From the NCBI GenBank assembly GCA_046583355.1, contig JAYGCM010000009.1, forward strand, positions 32,808 to 96,807: a DNA stretch of 64,000 nt, written 5' to 3'. Position 1 is the stretch's first letter; every line of letters begins with the position of its first letter. The DNA comes from Deltaproteobacteria bacterium. Its GTDB lineage: Bacteria; Desulfobacterota; Binatia; UBA12015. A model generated the notes under the pieces. The model worked only from the letters and a program-made list of their open reading frames with translations. It did no database searches and was not told the origin of the DNA. A program made the translations under genes and the position numbers. This document shows, piece by piece, positions 15,935 to 25,395 of the stretch.

Positions 15935-17509
15935 ATGGAAGAGACCATACCGGCATTGGTGCAGGCAGCAGGGCAGCGCTTTGGCGACGCCTCGGCCATT
16001 GAAGACGGCGAGCGCCGGTTCAGCTTTCGCGAGTTGGCTGCCGCAGGCCTGGCGGCCGGGCGCGCGTTTCGCGCAGCCGGCCTGCAGCGCGGCGAGCGGG
16101 CCGCGATCTGGGCACCGAATTATTCAGAATGGATTGTCGCGGCCATCGGCATACAATCGGCCGGCGGCGTGCTGGTGCCGCTCAATACGCGGCTCAAGGC
16201 AGGCGAGGCGGCCTACGTTCTGGGCACCAGCGGGGCCAAGATCCTCTGTACGGTCAGCGATTTTCTCGGCGTCGATTACGCAGCCGAGATTCAGAAGCAG
16301 GATCTGCCGGAGTTGGAGCAAATCATCACCTTCCGCGGCTCCTCGGCGGGCGCACAGACCTGGGAGGATTTCCTCAGCGGCGGCGAGGCGGTCCCGACGG
16401 CCACCATCGAGGCCGAGATCGCAGCGCTCACGGGCGACGATCTCTCCGACATCCTCTTTACCTCGGGTACCACCGGCAAACCCAAAGGCGTGATGACGGC
16501 GCATGGCCAGAACCTCAAAGCTTTTGAGTGCTGGTCGGGTTTCGTCGGCCTGCGCGAGGGCGACCGCTATCTCATCGTCAACCCATTTTTTCATGCCTTT
16601 GGCTACAAGGCGGGTTGGGTATCGGCCATTATGCGCGGTGCGACGATTCTGCCGCAGGTCACCTTTGATGTCCCGGAGATCCTCGCGCGGATCGGGCCCG
16701 ATCGCATCACCATGCTGCCCGGCCCGCCCACCATCTACCAGACGATTCTGGCCCACCCCGACCTCGAGAAATACGATATATCGTCCTTGCGCCTGGCCGC
16801 TACGGGGGCCGCCGCCATCCCCGTCGAGCTGATCCGCCAGATGCACGACAAGCTCGGATTTACGACTGTCCTCACAGGTTATGGCCTGACCGAGACCTGC
16901 GGCGTCGTCACCATGTGCCGCGAAGGCGACGATGCCGAGACGATCGCCACGACCTCCGGGCGACCGGTCCCCGATGTCGAGGTGCGATTGGTGGATACCG
17001 AGGGCAACGATGTCGCCACCGGCGAGCCGGGTGAGGTCATCGTGCGCGGCTACAACGTCATGCGCGGGTATTTCAACAATCCCGAAGAGACCGCCGCCAC
17101 AATCGACGCCGACGGTTTCCTGCATACCGGCGATATTGCCGTGGCCGACGCGGACTTCAACCTCCGCATCACCGATCGCATCAAAGATATGTTCATCATG
17201 GGTGGCTTCAATTGCTACCCGGCCGAAATCGAGAACGCGCTCTACGATAGTGGCCTGGTGGCCCAGGTGGCCGTGATCGGCGTGCCCGACAAACGCATGG
17301 GCGAGGTCGGCATGGCCTTCGTCGTGCCGGCGCCGGGCAGCGATATCAGCCCTGCTTCCGTGGTTGCCTGGAGTCGGGAAAATATGGCGAACTACAAAGT
17401 GCCTCGCTACGTCGAGCTGGTCGATTCCCTGCCGACCAACGCATCGGGCAAGGTAACCAAATTCGTCTTGCGCGAGCGGGCCGAGAAAATTCTGGACACC
17501 CAGGAGTAG
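15935..17509 (+). CDS. AMP-dependent acyl-CoA synthetase/ligase
   Basis: AMP-binding motif ILFTSGTTGKPKGV, plus GYGLTE, TGDIA and KVPRYVELVDSLPTNASGKV. Confidence 0.9.
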   Translation: MEETIPALVQAAGQRFGDASAIEDGERRFSFRELAAAGLAAGRAFRAAGLQRGERAAIWAPNYSEWIVAAIGIQSAGGVLVPLNTRLKAGEAAYVLGTSGAKILCTVSDFLGVDYAAEIQKQDLPELEQIITFRGSSAGAQTWEDFLSGGEAVPTATIEAEIAALTGDDLSDILFTSGTTGKPKGVMTAHGQNLKAFECWSGFVGLREGDRYLIVNPFFHAFGYKAGWVSAIMRGATILPQVTFDVPEILARIGPDRITMLPGPPTIYQTILAHPDLEKYDISSLRLAATGAAAIPVELIRQMHDKLGFTTVLTGYGLTETCGVVTMCREGDDAETIATTSGRPVPDVEVRLVDTEGNDVATGEPGEVIVRGYNVMRGYFNNPEETAATIDADGFLHTGDIAVADADFNLRITDRIKDMFIMGGFNCYPAEIENALYDSGLVAQVAVIGVPDKRMGEVGMAFVVPAPGSDISPASVVAWSRENMANYKVPRYVELVDSLPTNASGKVTKFVLRERAEKILDTQE

Positions 17510-17513
17510 CCGC

Positions 17514-19109
17514 ATGTCGCGCTTGAAAACCGAGAATTTGCTGGCCGCCGGGAGCCTCTGGGGGCTGATTGAGAAACGCGCCGCCGCCACGCCCGATGCC
17601 CTTTTTGCGGTCGATGAAAACGACCGCGAGCTGACCTTCCAAGGCTACCGCGATGCTTGTGAGCGGGCTGCGGCCGGGCTGATGGCGCATGGCGTCGCCA
17701 CCGGCACGCATGTCTCGTGGATGCTGCCGACCTGGTTTGAGTCGATGGTGCTGGTGGGCGCGCTGGCGCGTCTCGGCGCGGTGCAGAACCCGATCCTGCC
17801 GATCTACCGGCATAAAGAGGTCGGCTTCATCGCGCAGCAATTCGATACCAAGCTGCTGATTTTGCCGCCGGCCAATGAAAAATTCGACTACCCGCAGATG
17901 GGCCAGGATCTCCAGGCCGAGCGTAAAGGCATGGCCGTGCTGGTCTGCGACCATGCGCTACCCGAAGGCGACCCCGCCGCCCTGCCGGCCAAGCCGGCGG
18001 AAACCAACGACGCCGACGCACCTATGCGCTGGGTCTTCTACAGCTCTGGCACCACGGCCGACCCCAAGGGCGCCCTGCATACGGATCTTACGCTTTACGC
18101 GTCAGCGCGCGGCATGGCCGCCTGCCTGCACCTCGACCCGAGCGACCGCGTGGCCTTGGTCTTTCCCTTCACGCACGTCGGCGGGATCGGCTGGCTGGGC
18201 AGCGTCCTCGCGTCAGGCGCGGCCTTCATCGTCGTGCCGGCATTCAACGCCAAGACAACGCCTGAGGTGCTCGCGCGCCACGGTGTGACCCAGGCCACCG
18301 CCGGTACGGCCTTCCACCAGGCCTACCTGGCGGCGCAGAGGGCACGCCGCGCGGCCGGCGACGACTCGCCGCTCTTCGCGCAGGTGCGCAGCTTTCCCGG
18401 TGGCGGCGCGCCCAAGCCACCGCAACTTCATACCGAGTTGCGCGAAGAGATGGGCGGTGTCGGTATCGTCTCGGGCTACGGCATGACCGAATGCCCGATC
18501 ATGACGATGGCGGCGATCACCGACCCAGCCGAGGCGCTGGCCAATACCGAAGGCAAGGCATCGCCGCCGGAGGTCGAATTTCGCATCGTCACCTTGGCCG
18601 GCCCCGACGCCGGACTCGGCGAAGAAGGCGAGATCCGGGTAAAGGCGCCGCAGCTCTGCCGCGGCTATCTGGAGGAGTCGCTCAACGAAAAAGCCTGGGA
18701 CGAAAAGGGCTTCTTCCATACCGGCGACCTCGGCCACCTGGATGCAGACGGCTTTCTCACCATCACCAGGCGCTTGAAGGATGTGATCATCCGCAAGGGT
18801 GAGAATATCAGCGCCAAGGAAGTCGAAGACCTGCTCTACGAGCACGAATTGGTCGAAGATGTCGCGGTGATCGGCGTCCCCGATGCCGACACCGGCGAGC
18901 GTGCGTGTGCCATCGTGCAGACGCCTGCGGGCAAAGAAGCCCTCGGCTTCGCCGCCATGGTTGCCTGGCTGAAGGGACGTGGGCTGATGAACCAGAAGAT
19001 CCCCGAGCAGCTCGAGGTGCTCGCGCTGGTGCCGCGCAACGCGACCGGCAAGATCGACAAAAAGGGCCTGCGCGAGACCTACAAGGATTCGCCGCGACCG
19101 CCACGATGA
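17514..19109 (+). CDS. AMP-dependent acyl-CoA synthetase/ligase (second, divergent copy)
   Basis: FYSSGTTADPKGALHT, SGYGMTE, HTGDLG and ATGKIDKKGL. RBS CAGGAG. Confidence 0.9.
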   Translation: MSRLKTENLLAAGSLWGLIEKRAAATPDALFAVDENDRELTFQGYRDACERAAAGLMAHGVATGTHVSWMLPTWFESMVLVGALARLGAVQNPILPIYRHKEVGFIAQQFDTKLLILPPANEKFDYPQMGQDLQAERKGMAVLVCDHALPEGDPAALPAKPAETNDADAPMRWVFYSSGTTADPKGALHTDLTLYASARGMAACLHLDPSDRVALVFPFTHVGGIGWLGSVLASGAAFIVVPAFNAKTTPEVLARHGVTQATAGTAFHQAYLAAQRARRAAGDDSPLFAQVRSFPGGGAPKPPQLHTELREEMGGVGIVSGYGMTECPIMTMAAITDPAEALANTEGKASPPEVEFRIVTLAGPDAGLGEEGEIRVKAPQLCRGYLEESLNEKAWDEKGFFHTGDLGHLDADGFLTITRRLKDVIIRKGENISAKEVEDLLYEHELVEDVAVIGVPDADTGERACAIVQTPAGKEALGFAAMVAWLKGRGLMNQKIPEQLEVLALVPRNATGKIDKKGLRETYKDSPRPPR

Positions 19110-19636
19110 CCGGCTTGGAGAAGGCAGTCGCACGCGACGAGATCCGCCAGCTCGTCTACCGCTACGCGCACGCAACCGACATGCGCGACCTCGATATGCT
19201 GGTCGCCTGCTTCATCCCGAACGTGCAGGTCGGCCGCGACTCCTTTGGTCGCGACGCGCTGCGGGCCAATTTCGCCCAGCAATTGCGCGGTGTGGGCATC
19301 ACGATTCTCTTTGTCGGCAACCACCGCATCGACTTCCAGGACGCGACGCATGCCACCGGCAGCGTCTATTGCAAAGGCGAGATCCAGGACGACAAGCGCT
19401 GGATCCACCAGGCGATCCGCTACGACGATACCTACCAGCAGGTAGACGGCCAGTGGCTGCTGGTGCGGCGCAAGCACCTGCTCTGGTATGGCGCCGAGCC
19501 CGGGCAGAACCCCCTTGATCTTGCCCCGGCCGATTGGCCCGCCCACCATAGCGGCAAGGGCACCTTGCCGGAATGTGAGGAGAGCTGGCAGACTTTCTGG
19601 GCCGCGGACGCCTGCCACGAGCCGAAGCAAAGCTGA
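19106..19636 (+). CDS. SnoaL-like / NTF2-family protein
   Basis: ATGA overlap with the ligase. RDEIRQLVYRYAHATDMRDLDMLVACF is typical of SnoaL_4. Confidence 0.8.
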   Translation: MTGLEKAVARDEIRQLVYRYAHATDMRDLDMLVACFIPNVQVGRDSFGRDALRANFAQQLRGVGITILFVGNHRIDFQDATHATGSVYCKGEIQDDKRWIHQAIRYDDTYQQVDGQWLLVRRKHLLWYGAEPGQNPLDLAPADWPAHHSGKGTLPECEESWQTFWAADACHEPKQS

Positions 19637-19705
19637 GCCAGTCGTCTACAAGTCAGTCGTCTACAGCAGCGGCGCCATGCCGGCGCAGACGGAGATCCTG
19701 AATTC

Positions 19706-20965
19706 ATGAAAAACTATTTGTCTATTCTACTGCTCGCGGCAATGGTGATGGGTTGCGCGGCAAGGCGCGCCCCTTCGACTGAAAACACCGGCGAGCCCTG
19801 GGCCTCCCTGCGCGCCATGGGCGACTCCCTGCATCAGGCGGCTGCCGTGGGCGAGAAGGCCCGCGCCGCCGGCAGCGACCGCGAAAACGCCGCGGGCGGG
19901 CGCTACCTCGCCGAGATCACTCTGCAACAGCTACGCCGGGCGGTGTTCTCGGACCCCGACCACCCGGTGTTCCGGCCAAGCTGGCCCGAGTCGGCCCATA
20001 CCGGGCTGGTCAACCCTGACAACCTCTACGAGACCACCTCGATTCGACCGGGTGTCGACTATCTTGTGCGGGGAACGCGCGGCTCGACTGCCGACCTCGT
20101 ATTCCAGGTCTATGAGAGTAGCCCGGGGCTCAAGGGGAGCCTGCGCGGGGTCTCCACGCTGACCCTGGACGACCTCCATATTGCCGATGATGGCAGCTTC
20201 GAGATCCGCGTCGGGCCGACCCGGCACGAGAAGAACTGGCTACTCACCGACGCCACCTCCGGCATGCTGCTGATCCGCTGGTCGCATTCCGATTGGGCCA
20301 CAGAGCGCGCCGGTCGGGTAGAGATCCTGCCCGTACTCGGTGCCGGGGGCGGCTCCGCAGATCTCGCTGTGGCAGACATCGCGGGCGGGCTGCGCGATGC
20401 CGGCAACGCGGTTCCCGATGTCGGTCAATTTTGGCTGGATTTCGCCAGCAAGATCCGTTTCTTTACGGGCAAGAACGAAGTCATGAAACCGCGCATCACG
20501 GGCAGCGGTGGTCTGGAAGGCCAGGTCTCGGCGATGGGTCAATTCTCGCTTGCCGAAGACGAGGCCCTGATCCTCACCGTCCCCGCGACTGACGCGCCCT
20601 ACCAGGGCGTGCAACTCGGGAATTATTGGTTCGACGCTCTCGAATGGGCCAATCGGCAGACCAGCCTCTCCGGCGGACAGGCGCGTCTGGGCAGCGACGG
20701 GCGCTACCATTATGTGATCGCGGCAACGGACCCGCTTGTCGCCAATTGGCTCGACACGACCGGGCTGCCCGAAGGCCTATTTTTCCTTCGCTTCCAGGGA
20801 CTCCGGACTCCCATCGCTGACGACCAGATGCCAACAACCAAACTCATCAAGCTCACCGAAGTCGTGGCTCATCTGCCCGCCGGTACGCCGAGATTTGACG
20901 CCGCGGCACGCCGCGAGCAGCTTGCCACGCGCCAGATCCAATTACAGCGCCGCTACGGCCGCTGA
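19706..20965 (+). CDS. Lipoprotein, DUF1214-like
   Basis: Lipobox LLLAAMVMGC. The C-terminal region YQGVQLGNYWFDALEWANRQTSL...DGRYHYVIAATDP..ANWLDTTG...FFLRFQG resembles DUF1214. Confidence 0.55.
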   Translation: MKNYLSILLLAAMVMGCAARRAPSTENTGEPWASLRAMGDSLHQAAAVGEKARAAGSDRENAAGGRYLAEITLQQLRRAVFSDPDHPVFRPSWPESAHTGLVNPDNLYETTSIRPGVDYLVRGTRGSTADLVFQVYESSPGLKGSLRGVSTLTLDDLHIADDGSFEIRVGPTRHEKNWLLTDATSGMLLIRWSHSDWATERAGRVEILPVLGAGGGSADLAVADIAGGLRDAGNAVPDVGQFWLDFASKIRFFTGKNEVMKPRITGSGGLEGQVSAMGQFSLAEDEALILTVPATDAPYQGVQLGNYWFDALEWANRQTSLSGGQARLGSDGRYHYVIAATDPLVANWLDTTGLPEGLFFLRFQGLRTPIADDQMPTTKLIKLTEVVAHLPAGTPRFDAAARREQLATRQIQLQRRYGR

Positions 20966-20983
20966 GCCCAAGGAAGAACCGAG

Positions 20984-21958
20984 ATGGAAGAGACGCAGAG
21001 ATTTCGTGACCAGAATGTGACCTTGGCGGGAATTCCCGGCGAGAACGTCGAGATTCCCAGCGCCAACCCGGTGAATTTTCATCAAGCCATGGCCGAGCCG
21101 GATGCCGCGCCCGGGATCGTCGTCGACGGAAAATTCTTCCTGCCCGCGGGGACCGGGCCCTTCCCGCTGATCCTGATCGTGCCAGGCAGCCTCGGCGTCG
21201 GCCCCAACCACCTCGCGCATGCGGAGACCTTGCTCGGCGAGGGCTTCGCCGTCTTCGTCCTTGACCCATTCGGCCAGCGCGCGATCGAGTCGACGATAGC
21301 CAACCAGACCCAATATTCGTTTGCTGCCAGCGCCTTTGATGTGCTCGCGGCGCTGCGCGTGCTGGGCGAGCATGCCGCAATCGACGCCACTCGCATTGCC
21401 GCGCAGGGCCACAGCCGCGGCGGCTCGGCCATCTTGATGGCATCCATGCGACGCTTTGCCGACGCGATCCTTGGCGAAGGCAAGGGGCTCGTGGCTGCCT
21501 ACGCTGCCTACCCCTGGTGCGGCCAGCAATTCCGCGACGCGCGCGTCGGCACCACACGCATCCGTGCCATCGTCGGTGACCGGGATGATTGGGTCTCGAT
21601 CCAGCAGATGCAGGCCCAGATCCATGCGATCACGCTATCCGGCGGTGCCGCATCCGACAGGATCGTCACCGGTGCCGCGCATAGCTTCGATCGTCTCGGC
21701 GCAATCGAGAAGCTCGCCGACGCCATGGTCGCGCCGACCGCGCCCACGATCTTTCTCAACGACGACGGCGCAATGACCAACCCCTTCACCGGTGTCGCCG
21801 ACGCAAACACTACCGATTACGACCTCTTCGTCGCCGGTGCGAAGGCCGGCTTCGGCCGCAGCGGCGCCCATTACGGGGGCCAGGGCGACCAACCCGCCCT
21901 CTTCAAAGCCGATATGCTCGCCTTCCACCGCCCGACACTCACCGCCCACCGCAGCTAG
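20984..21958 (+). CDS. Dienelactone hydrolase-family alpha/beta hydrolase
   Basis: Nucleophile elbow GHSRGG, with a later D and H (GAAHSF). Confidence 0.7.
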   Translation: MEETQRFRDQNVTLAGIPGENVEIPSANPVNFHQAMAEPDAAPGIVVDGKFFLPAGTGPFPLILIVPGSLGVGPNHLAHAETLLGEGFAVFVLDPFGQRAIESTIANQTQYSFAASAFDVLAALRVLGEHAAIDATRIAAQGHSRGGSAILMASMRRFADAILGEGKGLVAAYAAYPWCGQQFRDARVGTTRIRAIVGDRDDWVSIQQMQAQIHAITLSGGAASDRIVTGAAHSFDRLGAIEKLADAMVAPTAPTIFLNDDGAMTNPFTGVADANTTDYDLFVAGAKAGFGRSGAHYGGQGDQPALFKADMLAFHRPTLTAHRS

Positions 21959-22054
21959 ATCGTTCCAACATAGGCAAGGGGCGGGGCCGACTGAGTCGAT
22001 CACCAAGCCGCCGCTGGCTCATAAATGCCTCTTGCGGTTAGACTCTTCTTCGAG

Positions 22055-22672
22055 ATGAAACTCTATACCTTTGATGGCGCGCCGAACCCCCGACGGGTGC
22101 AAATCTTTCTTGCAGAGAAGGGAATCGAGATTCCCACCGAGCAAGTCAATATCATGAAAGGCGAGAGCCGGAAGCCCGAGTTCCGCGAGCGCGTAAACCT
22201 GATGGGCGGGCTTCCTGTACTGGAACTCGACGACGGCTCTCATATCGCTGAGTCGATCGCCATCTGCCGCTACCTTGAGGCCTGCCATCCCGAACCGGCG
22301 CTCTTCGGCGGCAATGCGCGGGAGCAAGCACATGTCGAGATGTGGACCCGCCGAATCGAGTTCAACTTCATGGTGCCGGTCGGCCTGGTTTGGATTCACG
22401 GCTCGCCGCTGACCAAGGCCGTAGTCAAAAGCCAAATCCCCGAGGTAGCGGAGCAGAACCGCGACACCGTGCGAAACTATTTCCAGTTCCTCGACCGCCA
22501 TCTTGAGCAGCATGAGTTCCTCGCAGGCAGCAGCTTCTCGGTGGCCGATATCACCGCCTTCTGCACGCTCGAGTTCGCCGCCAACCTCAACGATCTACCC
22601 CATACGAGCGAGCAGAAGCACCTATCACGCTGGGCCACCGCCCTGGCCGCCCGCCCCAGCATCGCCTCGTAA
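22055..22672 (+). CDS. Glutathione S-transferase
   Basis: MKLYTFDGAPNPRRVQIFLAEKGIE...LPVLELDDGSHIAESIAICRYLE. Confidence 0.85.
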   Translation: MKLYTFDGAPNPRRVQIFLAEKGIEIPTEQVNIMKGESRKPEFRERVNLMGGLPVLELDDGSHIAESIAICRYLEACHPEPALFGGNAREQAHVEMWTRRIEFNFMVPVGLVWIHGSPLTKAVVKSQIPEVAEQNRDTVRNYFQFLDRHLEQHEFLAGSSFSVADITAFCTLEFAANLNDLPHTSEQKHLSRWATALAARPSIAS

Positions 22673-22841
22673 CCAGCAAAGACCGCAGCCTGGAGGCAAG
22701 GCTCGCCAGGCGATTAGCCGGTGGCGGAACAACCGAGCCGACGCGCACTCTTGGGGTGAGCAAATAGCGCCGGCGGCTTTTCGGCCGGGCCTCCAGAGGC
22801 GGCAGGTTCCCGCTTGCGCTCTTCTTCGTTAGGCTGAGAGC

Positions 22842-23735
22842 ATGGCTGGAATTGCGGTTCCCATTTCATTGGCGAGTGCTGGTGATGTCGATTCGGCTCT
22901 TGCGCTGGGCGTGCGGGCCGCCGGGGGTGGTGCGGACCTGATTGAATGGCGGGTCGATAGGCTGGCGTCCGAAGATGCGGGGCCGGCTGCGGTCGAGCGT
23001 CTGGTGCGTGAAGGCGCGTTGCCGGCCATCGTCACTTGTCGTGCCGCCGACGAAGGGGGTGCCTTTACCGGCACCGAGGGCGAGCGGGTCGGCCTGCTCG
23101 ACCACCTATTGGTCGCGGGCGCGATCCCGGCCTATGTCGATGTGGAATACGGCCGCTGGATTGCCAGCAGCGATCTGGCCGATGCCACCTCTGGCTTGCG
23201 CGTCAAGGGAACGAAAATCATTCTCTCGGCACATGATTTCAGCGGCCGGCCTGAGAAGCTCGACGATATCTTTCTTCGCATCGACGAAGCGCCGGGAAGT
23301 GACGTCACCAAAGTCGCATGGCGGGCTGAGTCCGTACTCGACTCGCTGGAATGTGCCGCCAGGCTCCAGCAGCGGCGACGCGAGACGATCGTCCTCTGCA
23401 TGGGTGAGCCGGGGCTGCTGACGCGCGTCTTCGCCGGCCTTTGGGGTGGGCTGCTTACCTTTGCGGCACTGGAGGCCGGCCAGGGCTCGGCGCCCGGACA
23501 GCCGACACTCAAAGAATTGCGCGAAACCTACCGCATCGCTGAGATCGACGGCGACACGGAATTGCATCCGATTTTCGGCGACGCAAGCGAGGCGCGGGCG
23601 GCCAATGCCGCGTTGCGCCGCGAGGGGCGCAACGCCGTCGCCCTACCCTTGGGCAAGCTGCCGATGCATCAGCAGTCGGCCATCCGGGAAGCGCTCGCGA
23701 ACTCCCCCTTCGTGCGCCTGACCGCGACGGGCTAG
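22842..23735 (+). CDS. aroD: Type I 3-dehydroquinate dehydratase-like protein with degenerate shikimate-dehydrogenase N-terminal remnant
   Basis: ADLIEWRVD, ILSAHDFSGRP (His region) and DVTKVAW (Lys region). The extra ~50 C-terminal residues (HPIFGD....NAVALPL....SPFVRLTATG) resemble a degraded AroE N-terminus. The stop TAG lies in a repeat. Confidence 0.65.
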   Translation: MAGIAVPISLASAGDVDSALALGVRAAGGGADLIEWRVDRLASEDAGPAAVERLVREGALPAIVTCRAADEGGAFTGTEGERVGLLDHLLVAGAIPAYVDVEYGRWIASSDLADATSGLRVKGTKIILSAHDFSGRPEKLDDIFLRIDEAPGSDVTKVAWRAESVLDSLECAARLQQRRRETIVLCMGEPGLLTRVFAGLWGGLLTFAALEAGQGSAPGQPTLKELRETYRIAEIDGDTELHPIFGDASEARAANAALRREGRNAVALPLGKLPMHQQSAIREALANSPFVRLTATG

Positions 23736-23834
23736 AGGCCCGACCGAAAAGTAGGTCTGCATCCGGGCGCCGCTTGCGGCCGCTGGACAGCGTCGCGCTC
23801 TCTGTGCAAAACCCTACCTTTCGGCCGGGCCTTC
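23732..23834. repeat. REP/MITE-like element: CTAGAGGCCCGACCGAAAAGTAGGTCTGCATCCGGGCGCCGCTTGCGGCCG... closed by an inverted copy of its first arm
   Basis: 23736-23755 (AGGCCCGACCGAAAAGTAGG) matches the reverse complement of 23813-23832 (AGGCCCGGCCGAAAGGTAGG) at 18 of 20 positions. The left part is shared with 42884-42931 and 5174-5205. Confidence 0.7.
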
Positions 23835-23857
23835 GGACCGCACGCGGCAGCGTCGCG

Positions 23858-24691
23858 TCAGAGCAGGCGCGCGTATTCGTCCAGCACCGGCAGCACCTCG
23901 TCGCGCCCGCCACACGGCAGGCGCAGGACGACTTCGGTGCAGCCGAGCTCGCGGTAATAATCGAGCTTGCCGGGACTCGGATAGACGCCCATGGGTACGA
24001 GATGCAGACTCTTCGGGTCGCGGCCGCGTTCTTCCATCCGCGCGTGGAGTTCGGGCATGGCCTCCTGCAGGCCGGCACCACCGATGGGAATCCAGCCGTC
24101 AGCGTATTCGGCGATATGGGCGAAGAGAATCGGGCCCGGCGCGCCGCCGATCAACACGCGGGGGCGCGGCTGCTGGATGGGCTTCGGCCATTGCCAGCTC
24201 TCGGTAAAAGAATAAAATTCACCCGCGAAGGCCGCGCGTTCGTTGGCCCAGAGCATCTGCATCGCCAACATGGCCTCGCGTACGCGCTTGCGGCGGCGGC
24301 GCACGTCGATGCCGTGGTTCTCCATCTCCTCGTGGTTCCAGCCGTAACCGATGCCGAAAACGAAGCGGCCCCCGGCAAGATGGTCGAGGGTGGCGAGTTG
24401 CTTGGCAAAGGTGATCGGGTCGTGTTGGGCCGGCAGGCCGATACCCGTGCCGAGAAGAATTTTCTCCGTGACTGAGGCCGCGGCGGCCAGTGCGATATAG
24501 GGGTCCAAGCTGCGCAGATATTCATCGCCAAGCACCTTATCGCCGGTCGGCGCAGGGGTGCGGCGGCTGGTCGGGATATGGGTATGCTCGGGAATGTAGA
24601 GCGAATAAAATCCGCGTGCTTCGGCTTCGCGCGCGACCTCCACGACGTTCATGCAGGTATCGGTTGCGTGCAAGGTGACGCCGATTTTCAT
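23858..24691 (-). CDS. Luciferase-like monooxygenase (LLM) class oxidoreductase, F420-dependent-type
   Basis: MKIGVTLHATD...ARGFYSLYIPEHTHIP... and the typical LLM layout. Confidence 0.8.
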   Translation of the reverse strand: MKIGVTLHATDTCMNVVEVAREAEARGFYSLYIPEHTHIPTSRRTPAPTGDKVLGDEYLRSLDPYIALAAAASVTEKILLGTGIGLPAQHDPITFAKQLATLDHLAGGRFVFGIGYGWNHEEMENHGIDVRRRRKRVREAMLAMQMLWANERAAFAGEFYSFTESWQWPKPIQQPRPRVLIGGAPGPILFAHIAEYADGWIPIGGAGLQEAMPELHARMEERGRDPKSLHLVPMGVYPSPGKLDYYRELGCTEVVLRLPCGGRDEVLPVLDEYARLL

Positions 24692-25203
24692 TTTGGCTCC
24701 TTGCGTGCCCAGCCCGATTCAAAGGGCGCGAACATCACCGTCTCGAGCGCCATCGCGCTATGCAGCCATACGCCGCCGACGCGCTCGTAGGAATCGGTCT
24801 CCACGCCTGCCATCCAGCGCTGCGAGCCGTCGGCCAGGGTGCAGGGTGCGAAAATATCCCAGACCCCGGTGGCCCGATCTCCTTGGACCTCGATGCGCGG
24901 CTTCAGGAAAAAATGCCAGGCCCAGAGTACGCTTGGATTGGCCAGACGCGCGCAGATGGCCTCGCGGCCACGGCAGATACCAAGTGTCGGGCCGCCATCC
25001 CAGACGCCGTCCTCGGTGAAAAGCAGCGAGATCTGCTGCGCAATACGCCCCACTTCCGCAGGCTCGCGCAGGCCACCGCCGCGGCGGTGGCGGGAGTCGA
25101 CCAAGGCGCCGTACTCGGCCTTCAGACGCTGGATCGCGAGCACACTCTCGCTCGCATCGAGACGTGCCTCCAGCCGTGCGATTCGTTCTTCGAGTTCCAT
25201 CAT
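24688..25203 (-). CDS. SnoaL-like / NTF2-family protein
   Basis: ATGA overlap with the downstream LLM. AIQRLKAEYGALVD and the rest fit an NTF2-like protein. The listed ORF extends to 25332, but ATG 25203 (MMELEER) is preferred. Confidence 0.7.
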   Translation of the reverse strand: MMELEERIARLEARLDASESVLAIQRLKAEYGALVDSRHRRGGGLREPAEVGRIAQQISLLFTEDGVWDGGPTLGICRGREAICARLANPSVLWAWHFFLKPRIEVQGDRATGVWDIFAPCTLADGSQRWMAGVETDSYERVGGVWLHSAMALETVMFAPFESGWARKEPK

Positions 25204-25395
25204 AATCGATTCCGGCAGACAGCCATTGCCCGCCTGCCGAGGCAAGGCCGCCGCCTTCCACCTCGCCCATAACTCGCGACGAGCCTCAAGGGGCGAGAAG
25301 AAAAGCGCATGTGCCACGACCCCCGCCCCCACTTCCCTTCCCGCACAAGGTTGCTAAAGAGAATTCGAATTACCCATTTTTCAGGAGACATTATC

